NCBI RefSeq assembly: GCF_004010195.1 | Contig: NC_057719.1 | Span: 72,472,583-72,536,582, forward strand | DNA length: 64,000 bases | Direction: 5' to 3' | Source of the DNA: Chiloscyllium plagiosum | Taxonomy: Eukaryota | Shown here: positions 52,243 through 62,950 of the stretch, one piece after another | Layout of the letters: each line of letters begins with the position of its first letter | Position numbering within the stretch: position 1 is the first letter of the stretch | The notes under the pieces: model-generated | Told to the model about the DNA's origin: nothing | What the model saw: only the letters and a program-made list of their open reading frames with translations | Database searches by the model: none | Translations under genes and position numbers: made by a program

Positions 52243-52870
52243 TCTCTGTTCCGCGATTGGTCAATAAACACGAGCAATTCGGTCTGGTTCAGCAAGATTT
52301 CACGCTTTTATTAAGGCGGGGCACAGGTTATCCAGCAACACAGAGATTAAACACTTCCGTGTCTCTAGGAGAAACTGCGCACATGGCTTAAAACAAACAC
52401 ATTTTTATGAGAGAAGTGCAGGTCATCATTCCAGAGCACATTCAAGACAATTACTAATCAATTTTAATAAAATGACTTCATTGACAGCAACTTAGCCCCA
52501 TGATATTTCCTGGGAACCAACCTTACTTTCCACATTCAAGCACCCCTATCTCGCAAAACTATTCCTTGCACCTGCACTTGCAAGGTCAGTTAGGGATGGC
52601 TAGTAATGTCTGATCTAGTCTAGTTATTTCTATGCTATAAGGGAGGCATTGTTTGCTAATCTTTATTGAGGCACATTATGGTTAGTTCAGGAATGCAGCT
52701 TTTGGCAGCTTTAAGCAGAATTGTCAATTTGTAGCCTAGAAGCCATTTTGTTATGTTATTTGCATTAAGAAGCCACTTTATTGCTGCCTATGTTAGTAAG
52801 AGCATGTATTAAATGGTTGTTTCTGACTACAACTAGTTACTTCAGAGTGTATTCAGATTTCAGATCCTCA
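52243..52870 (-). repeat. 5' LTR, lacking the last ~35 bp of U5
   Basis: Aligns to 48591-49224; the 48556-48590 segment is absent. Confidence 0.92.
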
Positions 52871-55660
52871 AAGGAACATATTTGGATGATGCAGAGCATT
52901 TGAAGCTGCAACAGAATGGGTATGATCAGGCTTATTTTTCATCTTTCAATACGAGGAGTAGAGGGATGGCCATTTTAGTTAGAAAGAATCACCCATTTAA
53001 GTTATTACAGTGCACTAAAGACACACACAGGAGATTTGCAATCCTTAAAGATTTGCAATACATGGGGGAAGAATATGGGATCTTAAATGTTTACAGTCCC
53101 TCAGCCCACCCCCTTAAATTCTTGACAGATGCATTTTTTGACTGGTTAACTTTGCATCTCAACATATTATCGTAGGAGGGGATTTCACTTATCTCATAGA
53201 CCCTATGGTGGACAGATTGCCCAAAGTCCCACCGATATCTGCTTTGCGAACGAAGCAATTAAGGGATTTATGTGCTGAATTGGGGTAGGTAGATGTTGAA
53301 GGCACATTCACCTTACTGGCAGGGGCTTCACATTCTTTGCAAACCGACATAAATGCCACACCAAGACTGATCTTTTTCTGACTCCCGCAGCACATCTGGG
53401 CTCAGTGACGTCATGTACAATTGGCAATATCAATATTTCCAATCATGCCCCAGTGTATTTAATGGGTAAGAGTAAGGATACTGCGGTAGGCTTGAAGCAC
53501 TGGAGACTGGACCCCTTCATCCTCAAGGATAGCAAGTTTTTTGAATTCTTTTCTACTGCGTTCAGGGCTTTTTTAGATATTAATTCCGGCTCGGCCAGTA
53601 GCCCATCCATTCTTTGGGAAACAGCTAAATCCTATGCTAGGGAGTTGGTTATTTCCTATTCAGCCAGTAAGAAATGGCAGATGGGTGAGCAGCAATACTT
53701 TCTCGAGATGCAACGAAAAAAACTGAAAAGGCATACTTTGACAGGCCCTCACTGGTTAAACTGCAGAGGATCACAGCGCTTCAGTCTACACTGAATTTTA
53801 TGCTCACACGGACAACCAAGAGGAAGCTTACATTTGCAAGTCAAAGGCTGTTTGAGCATGGGGATAAGCCAGGCAAGTAGTTAGCACACCGTGCTAGTAA
53901 AAGGAGTGTCCTCCAAGCCATTACCTCAATCAGAGAGGACACTGGAAATGTAACCTGTGATTCTAAAAGGATTAATGTAGCATTTTGGAAATTTTACTCA
54001 GAACTTTACCAATCTGAAAGCTGTGAGAGTGGGCGGGGTAAGATGGAGTCTTTTTTAAGAATTTGGACCTTCCGGAAGTGACCACTGAACAAGACTCTCT
54101 CCTCAATGCCCTGTTGTCAGAGCAAGAGGTACAGGAAGCTGTCAGGCAGCTCCAGAATGGAAAGGTGCCGGGTCCTGACCTGCTCCCCGATGAGTTCTAT
54201 AAGGAATTTATAAGTATGTTGTCAGGGTCGATGCTTAGTATGTTTACTGACTCTCGTAGGTGTGGCCTCCTCTCACCATCTCTAAGTGAACATCTCTCTC
54301 ATTCCTAAAAAAACAGAAGGCCCCAGAGGACTGTGCTTCCTATAGGGCCCATTTCACTCCCGAATGTCGACTTCAAAATCCTTTTTAAGACTCTGGCATT
54401 AAGGCTAGTATTGCCCTCCATCATTAAGGAGGACCAGACGGGGTTCATTAAAGGTCGCAGATCGATGGATAATGTCAGAAGATTACTTAACATGTTCCAA
54501 GTATGTCAACAGTGATCAGTACATGGATTGGTGATCTCCTTTGATGCGGAAAAGGAATTTGACAGGGTCAAGTGGCCATATCATTTTTAAATCTTTAGAA
54601 CAGTTTGGCCTGGGCAAGACCTTCACCAGGTGGGTGCAGGTTTTGAATAGTGATCCTCTTGCCACAGTCCTCACCAATGGTGTATGGTCAAGCAATTTTA
54701 ATATTTGTAGGGGCAGTCACCAGTGCTTTTCACATTCGTGATCATATCGCTGGCGGAGGCAATATGTAGGGATTCCAATATAACCACTCCAGAAGTGGGG
54801 ATGTAGTCACATAAGATCGCACTGCATGTGGATGGCATTCTTGTCTTCTTACCAAACCCAACAGTCTCAGTGCCACACCTGATAAAATGCATCAATTTAT
54901 TTGTGGCTTCTCAGGTTATAAGATCAATTTTGAGAAATCAGAGGCCATGCCCATGGGTGGTCTCCAGAGAGTGCCTGACCCTGAGAGCAGACCTCGGTTC
55001 CCCTTTAAGATGGTCGCAGGAGGGTTTTCTCTATCTAGGTATATTTACTACTCCTGTTTTCGATTGGCTATTTTCAAGACAATTTGCCCATTTATTTGAC
55101 AGAATCAAGCAGGACATTCGTAGATGGGACGTGCTTCCGATCTCTTGGTTAGGTCGGACAGCCCTCATTAAAATGAACATTTTATCCAGCCTGTTACATC
55201 CTCTGCGAATGCTTCCTCCACTTTTTATGATGCAAGTGTTTAGAAGACTGAACAGCTGGTTCAGTTCTTTTATCTGGTATCACAAGCGACCCCTAATTAA
55301 ATTGACTAAATTGCAGTTACCTTACTGAGTGGGCCTCCCAGATATCAAAAACTATCAATTGAGCTCAGATACATGAATTCAAACAGCAGAGATTGTAACT
55401 GTGCAGGTTCACTGCTGTGTCAGCTAGCAGTGTGGGTTTCTTTCTCTCTCTTGCTCTAACATGTGTTGCCTATTGTCTGTCCTTCTCCAAATATTGCCAA
55501 AAGATCATTTTTGACACCCATAGTTGGTATGCTGGGCTTTCAGCCAGGGATGATTGACTTGGGGTTTAAACTATGTGCAGCAAGGGCTGCGTCTTGCCTG
55601 GGTGATTAATTTGAAGGGGACATATTGATGTCTTTTGACCAGTTGGCTCAGAAATATGAA

Positions 55661-55780
55661 TTGAAAAGGTGTTGCTGGAAAAGCGCAGCAGGTCAGGCAG
55701 CATCCAGGGAACAGGAGAATCGACGTTTCGGGCATAAGCCCTTCTTCAGGAATCCAGCATCTGCAGACCTCATTTTCTCC
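55661..55780. mobile_element. 120 bp Penelope-derived insert in L1 ORF2 with 13 bp TSD
   Basis: TSD tcagaaatatgaa at 55648-55660 and 55781-55793; inverted head joined to sense tail. Confidence 0.88.
55722..55749 (-). ncRNA. Minimal type I hammerhead ribozyme core with all core nucleotides
   Basis: Minus strand CTGAAGA-A-GGGC-TTAT-GCCC-GAAAC-GTC. Confidence 0.75.
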
Positions 55781-56364
55781 TCAGAAATATGAACTACCCA
55801 GTAGGGACCTCTTTCATTTCTTTCAAATCAATAATTTCATACAAAAAGAAACCACACTTCTAACTGATTCTTATAGGTCCGAAATGGAGAAGAGGGTGCC
55901 GAGTGTACATTATCTGTTAGCAACGCTTATCATCTATTGGGAGAGGGTCCCTCGGACAAGACCGAATGGCTCTGTAAGGTAGGAGAGAAGGAGCTGGACA
56001 TTGAGATCTCTTCTGAAATATGGGAGGATATCTGGGAAGTTGCAAGAAGGATCTCGATTTGTAACAGGACCTCCACCATGCAATTGAAGATTTTTCACAC
56101 GGTCCATTTGGCCCCACACCGCCTCACTAAATTTAAAGTGGGAGCATCTCCAAAGTGTCCTATAGTGAGCAGGGTCACACTTACTCATTGTCTTTGATCC
56201 TGCCACAGACTGTACTGGAGCACTGTGGTAGGTGAAATAGAAAAGGCCTTGGGGACAGAGGTGGAGATTGACCCTGTATCTCTTCTTCTTGGCTTTGTTA
56301 ACTCACTTTCATTCGATGCATACAAAACAAAGGCTTTTCAGTATCCTTTTTTTGTGCAAGAAAG

Positions 56365-58990
56365 AGCAAGGGGCCTAACAGGGAAGGCAGATGAACTCAG
56401 GGCATGGTTAGGAACACGGGACTGGGATATCATAGCAATTACAGAAACATGGCTCAGGGATGGGCAGGACTGGCAGCTTAATGTTCCAGGATACAAATGC
56501 TACAGCAAGGATAGAAAGGGAGGCAAGAGAGGAGGGAGAGTGGCATTTTTGATAAGGGATAGCATTACAGCTGTGCTGAGGGAGGATATTCCTGGAAATA
56601 CATCCAGGGAAGTTGTTTGGGTGGAACTGAGAAATAAGAAAAGGCTAATCACCTTATTGGGATTGTATTATAGACCCCCCCCCAATCGTCAGAGGGAAAT
56701 TGAGAAACAAACTTGTAAGGAGATCTCAACTATCTGTAAGAATAATTTTGCCTGTCCTCGGATTGTACCTGTCCTCGGATGCTGCCTGAACTGCTGTGCT
56801 CTTCCAGCACCACTGATGTTACTACTGAACAAGTCAAATCCAAGTATGAAAGCTTACTTGATCAATCATACTGTTTAATTCTTACATTAAATCACAATCT
56901 TTCATTGAAATGTAAGCACACAATGCTTTAAGTTTGGTTTTCACAATAATGCAAAATTATAAATGTAAAACATTCAAATGCAATAGTTAAATCAATTCCA
57001 TTTCTAAGATAGTGCTGGGGTGAAAATGCAATCATAGATGCTCTACATCCTAGACACTAGATCAGGAACTGCAGGATTCTGGTATACCATGATAATAGAC
57101 TGACCACAATCCATGGAATCAGTCAAAGGTAAGAGATTCAAGAGAGACTACATCAGACTGTTCAAAACCACTTGTAGAACTGAATATGAAAGAAAAAGAG
57201 GATACTTCACTGTCTTCTGAATTAATGGAGCTAAAACCTCAGCTCTCCCCGTGGAGAAAAAAAGTGAAAAGTTAAGAGAAAAAGGTTGAACAACTAATTC
57301 AGGATAAATCCAGACCTGTATCAGTATTGCATAAGTATTTACTGTGGAAAAGGATATGGAAGATATAGACTTAGGGACATAGATGGTGACACCTTGCAAA
57401 ATGTCCAGGTTACAGAGGAGGAAGTGCTGGATGTCTTGAAACGGTTAAAGGTTGATAAATCCCCAGGACATGATCAGGTGGACCTGAGAACTCTGTGGGA
57501 AGCTAGAGAAGTGATTGCTGGGCCTCTTGCTGAGATATTTGTATCATCGATAGTCACAGGTGAGGTGCCGGAAGACTGGAGGTTAGCAAACATGGTGCCA
57601 CTGTTTAAGGCGGGCGATAAAGACAAGCCAGGAAACTATAGGCCGGTGAGCCTGACCTCGGTGGTGGGCAAGTTGTTGGAGGGAATCCTGAGGGACAGGA
57701 TGTACATGCATTTAGAAAGGCAAGGACTGATTAGGGATAGTCAACATGGCTTTGTGCATGGGAAATCATGTCGCACAAACTTGATTGAGTTTTTTGAAGA
57801 AGTAACAAAGAAGATTGATGAGGGCAGAGCAGTAGATGTGATCTATATGGACTTCAGTAAGGCAAGATTAGATCTCAAGGAATACAGGGAGAACTAGCCA
57901 TTTGGATACAGAACTGGCTCAAAGGTAAAAGACAGAGGGAGGTGGTAGAAAGTTGTTTTTCAGATTGGAGGCCTGTGACCAGTGGAGTGCCACAAGGATC
58001 AGTGCTGGGCCCTCTACTTTTTGTCATTTACATAAATGATTTGGATGCAAGCATAGAAGTTACAGTTAGTAAGTTTGCAGATGACACCAAAATTGGAGGT
58101 GTAGTGGACAGCGAAGAGGGTTAACTCAGATTACAACAGGATCTGGACCAGATGGGCCAATGGGCTGAGAAGTGGCAGATGGAGTTTCATTTAGATAAAT
58201 ACGAGGTGCTGCATTTTGGGAAAGCAAATCTTAGCAGGACTTATACACTTCATGGTAAGGTCCTCGGGAATGTTGCTGAACAGATACCTTGGAGTGCAAG
58301 TTCATAGCTCCTTGAAAGTGGAGTCGCAGGTGGATAGGATAGCGAAGGTGGCGTTTGGTATGCTTTCCTTTATTGGTCAGAGTATTGAGTACAGAAGTTG
58401 GGAGGTCATGTTGTGGCTGTACAGGACATTGGTTAGGACACTGTTGGAATATTACGTACAATTCTGGTCTCGTTCCTATCGGAAAGATGTTGTGAAACCT
58501 GAATGGGTTCAGAAAAGACTTACAAGGATGTTGCCAGGATTGGAGGATCTGAGCTACAGGGAGAGGCTAAACAGGCTGGGGCTATTTTCCCTGGAGCGTC
58601 GGAGACTGAGGGGTGACCTTATACAGGTTTACAAAATTATGAGGGGCATGGATAGGATAAACAGACAAAGTCTTTTCCCTGGGGTCAGAGAGTCCAGAAC
58701 TAGAGGGCATAGGTTTAGGGTGAGAGAGAAAAGATATAAAAGAGACCTGAGGTGCAACCTTTTCATGCAGAGGGTGGTACATGTATGGAATGAGCTGCCA
58801 GCGGATGTGGTGGAGGCTGGTACAATTGCAACATTTAAGAGGCATTTGGATGGGTATATGAACAGGAAGCGTTTGGAGGGATATGGGCTGGGTGCTGGCA
58901 GGTGGGACTAGATTGAGTTGGGATATCTGGTCGTCATGGACAGGTTGGACCGAAGGATCTGTTTCCATGCTGTACATTTCTATGACTCTA
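56365..58990 (+). mobile_element. CR1 LINE inserted in the L1 3' end; endonuclease part 56365-56747, RT part ~57335-58990, centre replaced by unrelated sequence
   Basis: DIIAITETWL APE motif; ORFs 57394..57897, 57942..58124 ([19 protein letters not shown]) and 58216..58911; (ctatga) tail. Confidence 0.92.
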
Positions 58991-60214
58991 TTCTACTGGA
59001 GTGGGTGTTGGAAAATGCCCCAGGGCTGGCAGGCTGGAGTAAGCTGGTCAAGCAGCACATCCCTTGGTCTTTCTTAAGATAATGGTGCACTATAAAACTG
59101 AGAATTTCTATAAGACATGGCGGCCCTTTTTGGACTATCTGGGTACAGAATTGTCCCTATACTAACAAGAACCTTTATATAGCCATGGCAGTTCTGTGTA
59201 ATGAATCTCGTATCCAGCCAGGAGAAATTATGAACATATGAATAGGTATAAATTTATGCACTCGATCTTAGAGAGCTATTGCTTTGTTTTATTGAGTTGG
59301 GTTATGGTTGTTATTATTATTATTGTTAAGATTTTCCTTTTTTTAAAGCTTAATTATTTATTTATGTAATTAATGGGTTGTTTTTTTTAACATTAGTTTG
59401 ATTTGTTTGGTTTTGTATTTACTGTAATATTCAAATGAAAAAATTCCTTTTTTAAATAAAAATATATTTTAAATAAAAATGAGAACAACTTATAAACTAG
59501 CATTGAAAATATCTAGTTCATGATTCATGTTTTAAGAACATAACTACCAATTTTAGGGATTAAAGAATTAACTGCAGATTAATGACAGTATCTGCTGGAG
59601 AAACAGAAAAGGAACCCTGACGTAAATATAATTTATCAACCTGAAGTTAATTACAGTTAAAATCTAACATACAGTTATCTCCAAGGTCAGCATTAAAAGC
59701 ATAAACACTGACAATATGGTCTGGACTGCTAAGTACAGATTGGGTACTTATTTTTAGCTTATTTTTTGAAGCCAATATCCAGCAACTCTGGGAAAGAGGG
59801 TAGTAAACCCCTGAAACTTTTTGAGAGATATAAATTGATTCACAAAGTGGCACTGGAAAAGCACAAGTCAGGCTGCATTCAAGGAGGATAAGCCCTTCAT
59901 CTCGAGCCCTCACTTTCTCCATATAAATTGCTGACATGGATAGTGAAATCAATGTGTTATACTGAAGGCAAAGTAATTGACTTGCATTTTTGACTGAATC
60001 ATTCCAAAACATTCATGCTGCCACTGATAGTGAGAGTCTTGGTTAGATTTGATTCACCAGCATGTGTTCATTTATATAAGCAGTCAGTTTAGATTGGGAA
60101 TGGACAGATAAAGTTGCAGCTTTGCTTTGGTGAAGACTCTCTCTGAATTGACAGTCAATAGGTGGCAATAATCACTAAGAGCAGCATTAAAAGCACAGAA
60201 ATTAATAAATAAAA

Positions 60215-61800
60215 AAACTGCAAGAACTGTGGATGCTGTAAATCAGAAATAAGAACAAAAGTTGCTGGAAAAGCCCAGCAGATCTGGCAGCATCTAGTGT
60301 CTCAGAAAATATTGATAGGATGATAGGATCGAGGGAGGGGGTAAGGAGTAAACAATAGATGGGAATGGACCCCAAAGAAACAGAAGACCAATTGGACAAA
60401 AAAAGTGGATGGGAAACAGGCTAGGAGAGTGAATAGCTGTTAATGGAGACGGTTAGTGGCTAACAATAGGTCATGTGTAACAGCAGACTATGTGATAACA
60501 ATGGCTGGTGCGTGGGGTTGGGAGCTCTGACAAGGGAGAGTTCATACCCTAAAATTACTGAACTTGTTATTGAGTCTGTAGGACTGCAGAGTCCCTAAGT
60601 GGAAAATGAAGAGTTGTTCTTCCATCTTGCACTGAACTTCACTGGAACACCATAGCAAGCCTGAGACAGATATGCTGGTGAGGGAACAGGGTAGTGTGCT
60701 AAAGTGGCAGGCAGCTGGAAGCTCAGGGTCTTTTTTTGCAGGCAGAATGTAGATGTCCTGCAAAGGAGTCACCAAATCTTTATTTCCCGAATGAAGAGAC
60801 TACATTGTGAGCAACAAATGCAATCGACTAGATTGCACGAAGTGCAGGTAATATGCTGCTTCACCTGGAAAGTATGTTTGGGCCCTTGAATACTGAGGAG
60901 GTAAATGCGCAGGTATCACACCTTCAGCGGTTGCAGAGGCAGGTGCCACAGGGCTGTGGGGGAGGGAGCAGTGGGGTGTGTTGGGAGTGAAGGAAGAATG
61001 GATCAGAATGTTCTGGAGGAAATGTTCCCTGGGCAAGGTGGGCAAAGGAGGGGAGGGGAATGTGTCTGGTGGTGACATATCACTGGAGATGGCCAAAATG
61101 GCAGCTGATGATCTTATAGATGTGGATGCTGGTGGGATGGTAGGTAATGACAAGGGGAATCCGTTGCTCCCGATGTGGTTTCCTTTACATTGGGGAGACT
61201 GGATGCCTCCTTGCAGAGCACTTCAGGGATCATCTCCAGGACACCCACACCAATCAACTCCCGTTGCCAAACATTTTAACTCCCCCTCCCACTCTTCTGA
61301 GGACATGCAGTTCCTGGGCCTCCTCCACCGCCACTCTCTCACCACCCGACGCCTGGAGGAAGAACGCCTCATTTTCCACCTCGAAGCACTTCAATCCCTG
61401 GGCATTAATGTTGATTTCACCAGTTTCCTCATTTCCTTTCCTCCCACCTTACTCTAGTTCCAATCTGCCAGCACAGCAATGTTCTCATGGCCTGTCCTAC
61501 CTGCCAATCTCCCTTCCCACCTATCCGCTCCACTCTCCCCTCTGACCTACTACCCCCATTCACCTAATTGTACTCTTTGCTACTTTCTCCCCAGCACCCC
61601 CCATTTATTTCTCCACTCTGGAGGCCCCCTGCCTCTATTCCTGATGAAGTGTCGATTTTCCTGCTCCTCGGATGCTGTCTGACCTGCTGTGCTTTTCCAG
61701 CACCACTCTGATCTAACCTCTGCTTTCCAGCATCTGCAGTCCACGCATTTGCCTGAGGACAAGGGGAACCCTATCACTGTGTGGGAGTGTGGGTTCGACC
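60215..61800 (-). mobile_element. Minus-strand Penelope-like 3' fragment, interrupted by a second Penelope fragment
   Basis: ORF 60542..60775 (ACHF...SISVSGLL.C...CKMEEQLFIFHLGTLQ..LN.KF) is the GIY-YIG C-terminus; Penelope-type tail at ~60215-60300. Confidence 0.8.
61160..61757 (+). mobile_element. Plus-strand Penelope-like 3' fragment (GIY-YIG plus tail) with 11 bp TSD
   Basis: IRCSRCGFLYIGETG...EHFRDH; RRLEEERLIFHL; TSD gacaaggggaa at 61149-61159 and 61758-61768. Confidence 0.88.
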
Positions 61801-61846
61801 TGGTAGACAGCCTTGTCAAGAACCGTGCTGGTGAATCCTCAATCGA

Positions 61847-61937
61847 GCTGAAAATGTGTTAATGGAAAAGCGCAGCAGGTCAGGCAGCATCCAAGGAGCA
61901 GGAGAATCGACGTTCCAGGCATGAGCCCTTCTTCAGG
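61847..61937 (-). mobile_element. Penelope terminal fragment with mutated hammerhead core
   Basis: Same family as 55661-55750; minus strand CTGAAGAAGGGCTCATGCCTGGAACGTC. Confidence 0.75.
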
Positions 61938-62578
61938 AAGGCCCGATCGAGGAAAAGGTGAACGTTTTGGAGGCTCCCTTGTCGAACTTGGCCTCATCAG
62001 AACATATGTGACGAGTCGGAAGAACTGGGAGAACGAAATGGAGTCTTTACAGGAAACAGAAAATACTAAACTCTGTTCACTGCATGAACACAGGTGGGAC
62101 TCTGTTCGGATTTTGAGAGAAAAGCAGCTAAAAGATTTGCCTGAATTTGCAGCTTGTGGAGAAAATCCATAATGGTTTTCAGAGCTATATGATAGAAAGA
62201 AGTCAACAGAATTAGCTGCAGAGCTATGGGGAAGCAGTTGGATTTCTGACTGCAAACTGATGAAAGAGTTGAGGCATCCAAGTAGCCTGTAAAAGCTTGA
62301 AAGATACCATAACCAAAGAAGGAAAGGCCCTCACAGAGTTTGTAACCAAACTAATAGCTGGAGTATTAACGAGAAAGAAATTTCAGCAAGCTGTGTCAAA
62401 TCTTTTGGGTTAGTCCCTGTAAAGGTGAGTGAATCTCCAAGATTTTGTAAAATAAGGGATCTTTCAGGGGTGGAGCTAGGGATGCTAGTGGAAGAGAATT
62501 AAAACTGGATTCAAACTATCAATAATTTTGATGATAAACTGTTTACTATATATCTTGAAAAAATGAAATATACTTTCA

Positions 62579-62950
62579 TAGTCATACAGCATGGAAACAG
62601 ACTCTTTAGTCCAACTTGTCCATGCTGGCCAGACGTCCCAATCTGACCTAGTCCTATTTGCCAGCAATTAGTCCATATCCCTCTAAACCCTTTCTATTCA
62701 TATACCCATCCAGATGCCTTTTAAATGCTGTAAATGTACCAGCCTCCACCATTTCCTCTGGCGGCTCGTTCCATACATGCAAAACACATGTGAAAAAGTT
62801 GCCCCCCAAGTCTTTTTTTTAAATCTTTCCCCTCTCACCTTACACATATACAGATAATGGTATAAACAAGAGGCATAAGTCCTGCCCTAGTTTGCCTTAC
62901 CAAAATGCAACACCTCATTTATCTAAATTAAACTCCATCTGCCATTTCTT
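62579..62950 (-). mobile_element. CR1 3' tail fragments
   Basis: Reverse complement of the 58720-58990 tail. Confidence 0.85.

Larger units (their letters stand above)
48556..52870 (-). mobile_element. Env-only endogenous retrovirus-like LTR element (no gag/pol), 4315 bp
   Basis: Termini TGAAGATCTG...CAGATCCTCA (9/10 inverted repeat, TG..CA); two LTR copies; PPT; env pseudogene; interrupts L1 ORF2 with AAG on both sides. Confidence 0.92.
46946..59478 (+). mobile_element. Near full-length, disrupted L1/Tx1-clade LINE hosting nested insertions
   Basis: 5' gggggaatccaagatggcggc; decayed ORF1 ~47060-47910 (PHPVLVRFHHYKDKQRVM); ORF2 from ATG 48438 (KWCT*NIKG; LLQ/GTYLD across the LTR insert; PISLPNVDFKIL; DQTGFIKGR; SGYKINFEKSE; GRTALIKMNIL); ORF2 end resumes at ~58990; T-rich 3' UTR and AATAAA/A-rich end. 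Confidence 0.9.

Noticed and set aside
56225..56878. 217 aa ORF that looks like a novel fusion protein
   Set aside because: Chance read-through joining L1 ORF2, CR1 endonuclease and a Penelope scrap
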